64,000 nt of DNA from Nitrososphaerota archaeon (GTDB taxonomy: Archaea > Thermoproteota > Nitrososphaeria > Nitrososphaerales > Nitrosopumilaceae), in contig JAGWFT010000001.1 in the NCBI GenBank assembly GCA_028867755.1, forward strand, positions 260,727-324,726, given 5' to 3'. A program made the position numbers and the translations under genes. The notes below the pieces were generated by a model, which worked only from the letters and a program-made list of their open reading frames with translations, was not told the DNA's origin and made no database searches. This document shows positions 47,402 to 56,455 of this stretch, piece by piece (position 1 is the stretch's first letter; every line of letters begins with the position of its first letter).

Positions 47402-47528
47402 AAATCAAAATAATCCTTGAAAACATAAACTAGGTCTAGGACTCGAGAAGAACCAGTGAATAAGTATTCGTCAATTTTGTAACCTATTACAGAATCAAAT
47501 TTAAAAATAAAGAGAGAGGGGGAAGTTA

Positions 47529-49076
47529 TTATGTTGATGGACAGAGGCCACCAGATGGTGGAACTACTTGTCCAGTTGTAGGGCTTATGCACACTTTTGG
47601 AGTGCTACCATGGTTGTCAAAGTCAAACATGCTATCTAGCGAACCAGCCTTGTCATCAAATGATTTCTGGCCTAATGTATCAGGAATACTGCCTGTGTGC
47701 CAGTTGTCCTCAATGAATTTGAGTACTGATGACTGGTCTGATACATCATGGGAGATGAAGTTTGATTTTGCATATGGTGATACTACTAGCAATGGCTGTC
47801 TTGGACCGTAACCACATCTGTCATCTGCACCACCTAGGCCTGCTTTCTTGTCACCACATGTTGGGGCAAAGTCATTGAGTGGGTCATTAGAGTGGTTTAC
47901 TAAAGGAGGCACAGCATGATCATACCACCCATCCGAGTCATCATATAAGATGAATTCGGCGGTGCTTGACCAATCTGGGCTATTCTCCAATGTATTTGTG
48001 ACATTAGCTAGGAATACTTGCTCGTCAAGTGGATCAGAATTTCCTGGATGACCATCTTGAGCTCTAGGTGCTTTTAGGAAAGTCACGGCTGGCAAGTTGC
48101 CATTATTTACTGCCGCATAAAAGAGACTAAGGTCATACTGGTGATTTGCCTGACCATTGTGTCCTATCTCAGCAAGAGATGCAGGGGGTAAATGATGGAT
48201 GTTTGCAGTTGAATTATAGTATTCAAATGGCTCGTGATGTGCACTATATGCTCCAACTGCTGCATTGTCGGTTGCAGTTCTGTGGGTTGTTGCACCGCAA
48301 ACAGCCTTTCCACCGCTAGTTGCTGTTGGTGTAAATCCACCTTGGAACCAACCCCATGTGATACCTTTGTCATTGAGAAGGTCTCCAATGTTCTTTCCGC
48401 TCATAGCTATTGTAGTACCGGCTGAACAGTCATCATATATTGGATCTGCATCAGAAATAGCAGAACCGCCACCAACTGCACCTTCAGTAGCACCAAACGT
48501 CTGACCAGAAATCAAGTTAATCGCTCCTGGTGTTGACGGGCCCCACATTGTGGAAAATGAGTTGTCACTCATTGCAAAGTTTTGAGCAATATTCCATAGT
48601 CCAGTAACAACGCTTCCATCATAATATGCCATTACAGTACTTCCATCTGGTTTACAATTTGTTCCGGTCTTACCTGTGAATTGAACAAACTTGTCGGCCA
48701 GTCCTCCATCATATGCTTTCTGTTCATCAAGGTAACCGTGATCAAAATCACAGGTTATTGCTTGAGATGCACTCAGAAGGAATGGATTAGCCAGGTTTGG
48801 ATTGGCTGTAAGCAGGTTAGGATGTGAGATGTAGTTGTTAGATGATGGGGTATTTGGCTTTGCAGTAAATCCTGCAGCGTTAGGATATGTACCAAAGTAG
48901 TGATCATAAGAAATATTTTCTTGGAATATTACGACCACGTGTTTGATTGGTGTTTTGCTGTCTGTATCTAGATCTGGTCCGAGCGCCCAACTTGAGCTGC
49001 TCATGACAAGAGATGTTATAAGAAGTCCTACGAGAGTTGTTGTTAGAATTTTCGTCATTGAGGCACAAAACAACAC
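47529..49076 (-). CDS. Secreted phosphoesterase (phospholipase C / acid phosphatase AcpA family)
   Basis: Signal peptide; IKHVVVIFQENISYDHYFGTY, GPSTPG, YDDSDGWYDH, YGPRQPLLVVSPYAK. Confidence 0.9.
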   Translation of the reverse strand: MLFCASMTKILTTTLVGLLITSLVMSSSSWALGPDLDTDSKTPIKHVVVIFQENISYDHYFGTYPNAAGFTAKPNTPSSNNYISHPNLLTANPNLANPFLLSASQAITCDFDHGYLDEQKAYDGGLADKFVQFTGKTGTNCKPDGSTVMAYYDGSVVTGLWNIAQNFAMSDNSFSTMWGPSTPGAINLISGQTFGATEGAVGGGSAISDADPIYDDCSAGTTIAMSGKNIGDLLNDKGITWGWFQGGFTPTATSGGKAVCGATTHRTATDNAAVGAYSAHHEPFEYYNSTANIHHLPPASLAEIGHNGQANHQYDLSLFYAAVNNGNLPAVTFLKAPRAQDGHPGNSDPLDEQVFLANVTNTLENSPDWSSTAEFILYDDSDGWYDHAVPPLVNHSNDPLNDFAPTCGDKKAGLGGADDRCGYGPRQPLLVVSPYAKSNFISHDVSDQSSVLKFIEDNWHTGSIPDTLGQKSFDDKAGSLDSMFDFDNHGSTPKVCISPTTGQVVPPSGGLCPST

Positions 49077-49205
49077 ACATCAATTTGATCATGTTGTAAT
49101 TAGATTGCGTTGGACTACTTGTCAAATATTGTCACAATAAAAATTTCTATTTTCTATGTATCTTATTCGATCAAACTATCATAATATGTTTCAAACAAGA
49201 TCAAT

Positions 49206-49222
49206 ATAGAAAACCTTTAGAT
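49206..49222 (+). promoter_or_regulatory. BRE/TATA-like box for putative sRNA B; inverted copy at 49502-49518
   Basis: ATAGAAAACCTTTAGAT, 25 nt upstream of the hairpin start. Confidence 0.45.
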
Positions 49223-49246
49223 GGAAAAAAAGTGTGTGATTACACA

Positions 49247-49297
49247 GGTCTACTGTGATCACATTATCCATTCTTATGATCCAGTAGGCAGCTCCCC
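49247..49297 (+). ncRNA. Putative small hairpin RNA B
   Basis: GTCTACTG/CAGTAGGC and GATCA/TGATC stems; homologous to element A. Confidence 0.4.
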
Positions 49298-49418
49298 GCA
49301 TAATTTTATGGATCATTTTTAGTTGACTAGGTTGAAAAAAAATTTCATTTTGTTAGATCTTACGCGATCATGTAGATCTTTATAATAATTTTACAAATAA
49401 AATTCTGTATTGATGTTG

Positions 49419-49479
49419 GCGGTCTACCCAAAGTGACTTTGGCCTGGAGAACCTGCGCTAATACAAAACGGTAGACCGC
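49419..49479 (-). ncRNA. Putative small RNA C
   Basis: 10-bp stem GCGGTCTACC/GGTAGACCGC, internal hairpin CCAAAG/CTTTGG; same promoter box upstream. Confidence 0.35.
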
Positions 49480-49501
49480 ATTTTTGTAATGATTTTTTTC
49501 T

Positions 49502-49518
49502 ATCTAAAGGTTTTCTAT
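49502..49518 (-). promoter_or_regulatory. BRE/TATA-like box for putative sRNA C
   Basis: Exact reverse complement of 49206-49222. Confidence 0.45.
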
Positions 49519-49708
49519 GATTTCTTGATTGCTTACCATTAGCATTGGTATTTTATGAAATCAATATAGATATGAGATAAATGCCTGCACTACTATCTTT
49601 ACAATAAAAAACTCTAAAAGGTTTTCAAAAAATAAAACAAAAACAATTAGCAATATAGGTATATCCCATGTTAGACACAGAAAATCTCGATCACGTTTTT
49701 ATTTACGA

Positions 49709-50095
49709 ATGTGGCATCTTTATCAGGTTAAAAATTTGGCCGCAACTATAACAAAGATAGTTCGATATAAGGTGAAGAAGAAAAAACTATCAAAGCTAAA
49801 AACTGCTCTTGTAGCGTTTGTTGAGGATATAAAAAGGCACGAGTCTGGCATAGTCCTTTACGAGGTATTCCAAGAAAAGGATGATTCTACCACATTAGTA
49901 CACGTGATGACATTCAAAGATAAGAAGGCCGAGACTGCTCATGTAAAGAGTACACATGTCAAAAAATGGATCAAAACATTACACTCTATTTGCAAAGAAA
50001 ATCCCGAAGTTACAGATCTTAAACTAGTTAGATCGATCAAGGACTTGAAAGAACCATCCTCAGATACTAGTACTGTTCAAGAGCCTCAACAATAA
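49709..50095 (+). CDS. ABM (antibiotic biosynthesis monooxygenase)-like protein
   Basis: HESGIVLYEVFQ...LVHVMTFKD..AETAH..S.H. Confidence 0.75.
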   Translation: MWHLYQVKNLAATITKIVRYKVKKKKLSKLKTALVAFVEDIKRHESGIVLYEVFQEKDDSTTLVHVMTFKDKKAETAHVKSTHVKKWIKTLHSICKENPEVTDLKLVRSIKDLKEPSSDTSTVQEPQQ

Positions 50096-50490
50096 GTGTG
50101 GGTTATTTTGATGATTTTTTGAGCAGTCTCATCTATGTCTACATCTGGTTCCGCGGTTACAAGTAATACTCTTCTGCCAAGCGGAAAACTCATCATAACA
50201 GCTTTTTCTCTTCTAGAGGCAGAATACATCACATGTCCCAAGCTATAATCAAAGTCTTTTCTCAAGGATACACGTAGCACAACATCAGAGTACATCTTTT
50301 TTTGTTCAGCTTCATCTTCGATTGGTACTATTCCATGCTTAAAACCGCCTGTCACTAGATTTCCCATATGATCAATTAGCCCTGCAAATCTTATCTCCGG
50401 CTCTCTAAGCAATCTAACACATTTTAGATCATAAGAAAATAATTCTTGATTGCGTTCCATTATATTTACAGATAATGGCCCTTTGTTCAT
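50086..50490 (-). CDS. Roadblock/profilin-like thaumarchaeal protein
   Basis: IRFAGLID.MGNLV.GG, FDYSLG.V.YSASRREK..MMSFPL. Confidence 0.75.
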   Translation of the reverse strand: MNKGPLSVNIMERNQELFSYDLKCVRLLREPEIRFAGLIDHMGNLVTGGFKHGIVPIEDEAEQKKMYSDVVLRVSLRKDFDYSLGHVMYSASRREKAVMMSFPLGRRVLLVTAEPDVDIDETAQKIIKITHTYC

Positions 50491-50586
50491 AAGTCTTGAA
50501 TCTATATTTTATGAATCCTATGTAGATTATGTATATGAAAACTAATAGTCCAGTAGAACAGATGGCCTGAGGATATTCTATGTGTA

Positions 50587-51312
50587 TTAATAATGCATTA
50601 CACGATCAAGGAATTGATCTATTCTATGTTGCAAATCCTTGTTAATTTCTGCAACAGCCCTGTTTCCATTGATAGGTATGAGACCGTATATCTTTTGCAT
50701 CAAGTGAAATTCTCGAGAAATCTTATTTTGATAAATGAGAAAAGACTCATACATATCATTTGAAAGCCCTATGTCGGCACCAGACTCGTAATGATCTAAA
50801 GACAAATTCTTTTGAAATACTCTATGTATCAGGACTTGGGGTTCAACATCTAGATAAAATACTAGATCAGGCTTTATGGCAAAACCATAGAGACTGTGAC
50901 ACCAATTCTTATCGAGGCCTCGTACCACGTTTCTTGCTATGAGAGTGTAGATGTATCTATCAGCAAGTACTATGTATCCAGCCTGCAATGCAGGTATGAT
51001 CTTGTATTCAAATTGGTCTGCAAAATCTGCAGCGTAGAATAAGGCTAGTGTTTTTCTACCTAGATCATAATGTTGTTTTGCCTCTAAAATTCCCTTGCTT
51101 ACAAGCTCTGATCTTTTGAGACCTGTATTCAAAACAGCATGACCATCAGCTTCTAGTTTTGCCGTAATTTTCTCAATCTGGGTACTTCGGCCAGATGCAT
51201 CAGGTCCCTCGATGACAATTAGCCTACCTTTGATTTCTACATCTTGAAGATGTTTTATACCATGTCCGTAAAACTCGACAGTTCTGTTGTCTAATTCTTT
51301 CTTGTGTTTCAT
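50587..51312 (-). CDS. Thymidylate-kinase-like protein with an altered P-loop (candidate PPK3 non-catalytic subunit)
   Basis: EGPDASGRSTQ (Lys replaced by Arg), DRYIYT, PDLVFYL. Confidence 0.75.
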   Translation of the reverse strand: MKHKKELDNRTVEFYGHGIKHLQDVEIKGRLIVIEGPDASGRSTQIEKITAKLEADGHAVLNTGLKRSELVSKGILEAKQHYDLGRKTLALFYAADFADQFEYKIIPALQAGYIVLADRYIYTLIARNVVRGLDKNWCHSLYGFAIKPDLVFYLDVEPQVLIHRVFQKNLSLDHYESGADIGLSNDMYESFLIYQNKISREFHLMQKIYGLIPINGNRAVAEINKDLQHRIDQFLDRVMHY

Positions 51313-52004
51313 GCTTGTACTTTCCTGGTTTTTACACTCGATGTTTTATGTGGAAGTAATGGCATGATCATTTTTCTTACCATTTTCTGTTGTTCCTCAA
51401 TGTTCAATGTTCCATCTATTATGGTAAATCCCTCTGGCTCTGCCAGAGCATCATACTGTTCAATTATTCTTCCTTGAAATACTCTATAACTCTCATAAGG
51501 ATCATTACTCAAGTTCAGGTCCATTCCTGCTTCATAATACTTTAGTTTGGGGCGGCCTACCAGTATTCTGTCAACTGCAATATCTACTGGAACTCTAAAG
51601 TAAAAAGCTAAATCTGGCTTGATAGCAAAATCATAAACCTTTCTGACCCAATCCGGATTGCAGCCTCTTACAATATCTCTTACAAAAGCAGTGTAAACAT
51701 ATCTGTCTGCCAGTACAAAATATCCTGCACGAAGCAAAGGCAGAATGTTTCTTTCATATCTATCAGCAAAATCTGTTGCATGTAAAAGACTAAAGGTAGT
51801 AGGTGTAAGCAGTCCCTTTTTCTTTCCTTTCGAAGTTATTTCCTTTACCATCTCTGAAGAATTCCACTCTGACTTGAAAATATTGATTCCCTTGTAACCA
51901 AGCCATTTTTCTAAAAGGTGAATCTGGGTTGATTTTCCTGAACCATCTATTCCTTCTACAACAATAAGTTTCCCTTCCATCTTCGATGGTTTTGTTGCTT
52001 TCAA
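51309..52004 (-). CDS. Thymidylate-kinase-like protein (candidate PPK3 catalytic subunit); start possibly 51980
   Basis: EGIDGSGKSTQ, DRYVYT, PDLAFYF. Confidence 0.78.
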   Translation of the reverse strand: MKATKPSKMEGKLIVVEGIDGSGKSTQIHLLEKWLGYKGINIFKSEWNSSEMVKEITSKGKKKGLLTPTTFSLLHATDFADRYERNILPLLRAGYFVLADRYVYTAFVRDIVRGCNPDWVRKVYDFAIKPDLAFYFRVPVDIAVDRILVGRPKLKYYEAGMDLNLSNDPYESYRVFQGRIIEQYDALAEPEGFTIIDGTLNIEEQQKMVRKMIMPLLPHKTSSVKTRKVQA

Positions 52005-52267
52005 GGTAATCTAATAACCCCCCCATCCATTTTTAGGTCTTCCACTTCTTGTACTCATTTTGTATACTGTAATCAAACCTCTTAACAATGTAAATTATGT
52101 TTGTAACTACAATTATGACCTTGATCTATATAGTCCTCATAAGCATATGAAAGATAAGAAATTATAGTCACATATTAGATATCTCACTAAATTTCACCTT
52201 TACATGTGAATAAGATAATTTGTAACTTTACAAAAGTTCTTGTATGAATTAAGGTGATGATATCAGA

Positions 52268-52765
52268 ATGGACTTGTTTATCTTAAGACATGGGGAGGCA
52301 GGCAGAAGCTCTGCCACGGTGAGGGATGATTCAAAAAGAACTCTATCCGTTGAAGGAGAAAAGGAAGTCAAAGACATTTCAAAAGGAATCAAAAGCCTTG
52401 GAATAGAATTTGATTATATCTTAACTAGTCCGCTTTTGCGATCAAAGCAAACTGCAGAACTAGTCTCAAAAATTATAATGCCTAAAAACCCAATTAAAGA
52501 ATTAGATGAGCTAAAGCCTGAAGGCAACAAGCTACAATTCTACAATAAACTATCTAATCTAAAACAGGACTCCTCGGTGCTCATTGTGGGACATGAGCCA
52601 TATCTGAGTGAACTGATAGGAGAGGCGATATCACATGGGGAATGCAAAATAGATTTGAAAAAAGCAAGTCTTGCTCGTATCAGGATAACAATCACGCTTC
52701 CAAAACTTAAAGGAGAATTGAGATGGTTGCTTACTCCGAAACATTTGAAGAGAATGGCTCGATGA
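52268..52765 (+). CDS. sixA: Phosphohistidine phosphatase SixA
   Basis: LRHGEA, TSPLLRSKQTAE, VGHEPYL. Confidence 0.9.
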   Translation: MDLFILRHGEAGRSSATVRDDSKRTLSVEGEKEVKDISKGIKSLGIEFDYILTSPLLRSKQTAELVSKIIMPKNPIKELDELKPEGNKLQFYNKLSNLKQDSSVLIVGHEPYLSELIGEAISHGECKIDLKKASLARIRITITLPKLKGELRWLLTPKHLKRMAR

Positions 52766-52857
52766 TCTGTGTATTCTATATTTTTCACTTGGTAAAAAAA
52801 TGTAAATCTAATCTAGATTAATAGTGATATGTCTATATCGAAACGAGGTAATGTTGG

Positions 52858-54366
52858 CTGAAAATATCAGTAATTGATTTAGGATACAACTCGGCCAAGT
52901 TAGTTACATACAACGTAAAAGATGACGACTTGTTTGACGTTTCTCAACAAGAAGGAATGAAAGTTAAGCTTGGTGAAGGGCTAGATGAAAAGGGAAAACT
53001 GGGCAAAAAGCCAATGTTGCGTGCCATTGAGACTCTAAAGCTGTTCAGAGACATAATCCAGTTACAGCCAATAAAATCTGTTTTGCCAATAGCCACAAGT
53101 GCAGTAAGGGAGGCAAGTAACAAGGACGAGTTCCTAGACGAGGTTTACAGGGAAGCAGGATTCAGATTCAAAGTACTCTCTGAAAAAGAAGAAGCGCTAT
53201 ACTCCTATGTGGGTGCCATCAAATCTCTTCAAATTCCAGATACGCTGTTTTTCGATATAGGGGGAGGTAGTCTAGAGATAGTTCATGCCGAGGGATTCAA
53301 GATAAGAAAGGTAATATCCCTACCACTAGGAGCTCTGAGATTAACACAACAATTTGATGGGGAAAATGAAAGATTCAGTGATAGAAATTATAAGAATATG
53401 AGGAGATTCATCTCAAGTCTTCTACCTGAAAAAAAGGAGATGGGTCTTGGTAAAGATGTAAAACTTGTTGGCGTTGGTGGTGTATTGCGAGCATTAGCTA
53501 GATATGATCAAAAAAATTCGAAATACCCACTAGACAAGATGCACAATTATACAATGAATCTCAAATTTGTTAACTTTGTTACAAAACAGCTTTACAAGAT
53601 GAAATATGATGACATTGCAAAGATCCCAGTCATTGGCTCTAGCAGAGCTGAAACAATAGTGGCTGGTTCTTGTGTGATAGATATACTGATGGAAAAATTT
53701 GGATTTGACAACCTGCATGTTAGCAATCATGGTCTAAGAGAGGGTGCGCTTTCAGTATTTCTTGAAAACCCAAAGGCATATCATGCAAAAAATATCACAG
53801 CAGAACAAATTCGCCAAACAATAGGGTCCAAGATCTCATTTCAGATATTCCAACATACCAAGAGCTTTGTAGAAGGTTTGGTCTCCTCAAGACTACTAAA
53901 TAAACGCGAACTTGAGATCCTCTCATATGCTGAAAAGAAAATATCAGAAAAATTATCATTCAACAATCCACAAAACCTGTTCTATTCCATAATGGATGAG
54001 GACATGGCACTAAGTCATGATAATCAATTAGTTTTGGGATTAGCTCTAGTTCATACAAGACATGTGAAAACATCCGACTGGCTATTTACAAGATACAAGT
54101 CAATTCTATCTCAAAATGACAAATCTACAATAAGAAAAATCTCGTCATTGGTTGTACTGTTAAGAGTTTTGGAGCAGACTAGGTCAAAAATAGAATTGAA
54201 GCGTTACACAGATGGAATAATGGAATTGCATGTTATGCAGTCAAAATCATTGCCAAAGCTATTGCTGAGAAATGCGCTAAATAAATTTGAAAATGCATTT
54301 GATGTCCATGTTATTTGCATGTTAAGAGATAACCAGAACATGCAGAATTCTGTTCTAGAATTATAA
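52858..54366 (+). CDS. ppx: Ppx/GppA exopolyphosphatase, probably CTG-initiated
   Basis: The frame extends upstream of the tracked start to (L)KISVIDLGYNS; IATSAVREASN, DIGGGSLE, GLREG. Confidence 0.9.
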   Translation: MKISVIDLGYNSAKLVTYNVKDDDLFDVSQQEGMKVKLGEGLDEKGKLGKKPMLRAIETLKLFRDIIQLQPIKSVLPIATSAVREASNKDEFLDEVYREAGFRFKVLSEKEEALYSYVGAIKSLQIPDTLFFDIGGGSLEIVHAEGFKIRKVISLPLGALRLTQQFDGENERFSDRNYKNMRRFISSLLPEKKEMGLGKDVKLVGVGGVLRALARYDQKNSKYPLDKMHNYTMNLKFVNFVTKQLYKMKYDDIAKIPVIGSSRAETIVAGSCVIDILMEKFGFDNLHVSNHGLREGALSVFLENPKAYHAKNITAEQIRQTIGSKISFQIFQHTKSFVEGLVSSRLLNKRELEILSYAEKKISEKLSFNNPQNLFYSIMDEDMALSHDNQLVLGLALVHTRHVKTSDWLFTRYKSILSQNDKSTIRKISSLVVLLRVLEQTRSKIELKRYTDGIMELHVMQSKSLPKLLLRNALNKFENAFDVHVICMLRDNQNMQNSVLEL

Positions 54367-55179
54367 AATTAATTTTCTAGGGTTATCCAGTCCCTCATTT
54401 TTAAAAACTTGAACAAATCTTTGATATTTTTCCCTTCTCTCAAGAATTTCCTCTCTTATTGTTTCTGACAATTCATGAGGTCCCTCTACTCCCCTCAAAT
54501 AATCTAGAAACATATCGCTATCATGAATTGAGCCTAGTTCATCTTGGATCTTTTTCAAACTTTTAATTGATTTTAGGGAATCTATCTTATCGGAAGTTAA
54601 TTCAATTGAGTAGCGTAGTTTCTTGAAATCTTTTCGTAGTTCATGAATCTCCTCTATTTTCTTGTCATCATTTAAGACAATGGGAATGTTACGATCTATT
54701 TCATCAATTAATTCCGATATGATTTTTTGAAATCTTTTACGAAGTTTTGTTTCCATAACATCTTTTTCTTTCAGTCTGGGCGGGGAAATGCTCTTTAATT
54801 TTAAGGCCAGTCTATGTCCTGCATTTAGCTGGTGTTTGCGTTTGCCATTTATAGAATCTATAATCTGGTTGAATTGAGTAGGATGACGTTTCTTTAATTT
54901 GGCACAAATTATGTCAAAATCCCTCATTTGCGTATTAATATTGAATAGGGCTTTGGCTTGCTTTACATAGCCCTGAATATCCTCGGCTTTTCTATTCTTT
55001 TTAGGCAAAATTCTGTAAATTGATCCCATACGTCTAATTGCTATTCTTATATCGTGAATGTTGGCCTCGTTTGGGTCTTCGATATAGTTATCTAATTTTT
55101 TGGTAAATGTCTTGATAATTTTTTTAAATTTTTTTACAAGTAATTTCTTTCTGGGATAGATTACTTGTTTTGTTCTCAT
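54361..55179 (-). CDS. CHAD-domain polyphosphate-binding protein
   Basis: IHDIRIAIRR, RDFDI, IHELRKDFKKLRY, QDELGSIHD. Confidence 0.9.
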   Translation of the reverse strand: MRTKQVIYPRKKLLVKKFKKIIKTFTKKLDNYIEDPNEANIHDIRIAIRRMGSIYRILPKKNRKAEDIQGYVKQAKALFNINTQMRDFDIICAKLKKRHPTQFNQIIDSINGKRKHQLNAGHRLALKLKSISPPRLKEKDVMETKLRKRFQKIISELIDEIDRNIPIVLNDDKKIEEIHELRKDFKKLRYSIELTSDKIDSLKSIKSLKKIQDELGSIHDSDMFLDYLRGVEGPHELSETIREEILERREKYQRFVQVFKNEGLDNPRKLIL

Positions 55180-55271
55180 TATGATTTCATCTCCAATGAC
55201 ACGTCTTTGGATCTTCTAATTTGAATTGTTATGACAAAAAATTAACATTTTAATCGACTGGAACGTATTTT

Positions 55272-56321
55272 TTATGAGCCATTTTCCGAGATTACATCTT
55301 GCACTGTCTCGTTAATTACTGCTTCTGCAATATCGCTTGAATACTCGGCCGTTCTGCGAATATCTTCCAAAACAAACTTGATTACACTGGAATACTTTTT
55401 GGATTCTTCCAGGCTGTCTGTGAATTCTTTCTCTTTTTCAGCTATTCTGCATGCATTTGTTGCAACAACATCTGCTAGTGTATAATCTCTTTTGTTGAGA
55501 GCGGCAATTGAATCCTCGAAGACTTTGAGCGATTCCTCGCTTAGTTTTGTAATCTTTTGTAGAAGAGCTGGTTCAAGTGTAGATTTGAGAAATTTTACTC
55601 TGCTTGCTATTGAGACTGCATGGTCTGCAACCCTTTCTATTGATTTTACCACTATCCTATAGCTTATACAATCAGAGGGTTTCTTTAATCCAATATCTCG
55701 TAATATTCTTTCATGTTCTACTGCGAGTGTAAGGTTTCGTAATATGTATAGACTAAAACGATCAACCTCATCATCCAAATGAGTGATCTCTTCTCCAAGC
55801 TCTACATCCATTTCCTTCAAGGCATCAATGGCCTGTCTGTGCATTGTGATTGTTAACAAGGACATACGTTTCAAAGCATCATTTATGGAAAGCTCTGGCA
55901 GACTAGTCAAGATTTGAATTGTGATGGATTCTGGTGTTGACTCGACAATTTCTGTACCTATCATGTTTCTTCTCACAAGATCTCTTATTGCCTGCTTATG
56001 CTCTAGTTGTATCCTTCCTCCTTTGGAGTGGATCTCAATTACTTGATAACCAGACAAGTACATCGCTATCACCTTTCGTTGAATGGATTCAACTGGTTCT
56101 TTTTGGCTTATGACAGTCTTTGATTTTGCTACCTTGGATGACTGGGAGCTTCCTGTTGGTAAGATTGAAAGAGATCTATTAACATTTTTTACAATAGAAA
56201 CTGGGTCTCCTGTTTTAAGATTTAACTCATCAATCCATTTCTTAGGAAGTGAGAGTACGTAGGTAGATCCACCTACAAGCTGTAGCTTTCGTACCTCTTT
56301 CTCGTTTAGTAGTTCTGCCAA
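55272..56321 (-). CDS. Archaeal phosphate regulator (AbrB + PhoU domains)
   Basis: RKLQLVGGSTYVLSLPKKW, DDEVDRF, ERVADHA. Confidence 0.9.
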   Translation of the reverse strand: MAELLNEKEVRKLQLVGGSTYVLSLPKKWIDELNLKTGDPVSIVKNVNRSLSILPTGSSQSSKVAKSKTVISQKEPVESIQRKVIAMYLSGYQVIEIHSKGGRIQLEHKQAIRDLVRRNMIGTEIVESTPESITIQILTSLPELSINDALKRMSLLTITMHRQAIDALKEMDVELGEEITHLDDEVDRFSLYILRNLTLAVEHERILRDIGLKKPSDCISYRIVVKSIERVADHAVSIASRVKFLKSTLEPALLQKITKLSEESLKVFEDSIAALNKRDYTLADVVATNACRIAEKEKEFTDSLEESKKYSSVIKFVLEDIRRTAEYSSDIAEAVINETVQDVISENGS

Positions 56322-56455
56322 TGTTTTTCTCTATATCTGTATAATTAAAGCGGTTATGACCGCGTTCTATGTAGTACTATATAGAACTATATTCAAATAT
56401 GAAACTTAAGAAATCACGGTCGAACTTCTGATATCTTTCTCGACGATCAGACAAA

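Noticed and set aside
52018-52024. G7 tract upstream of the TMK-like gene as a phase-variation switch
   Set aside because: Neither a +1 nor a -1 change fuses the upstream mini-ORF to the kinase frame.
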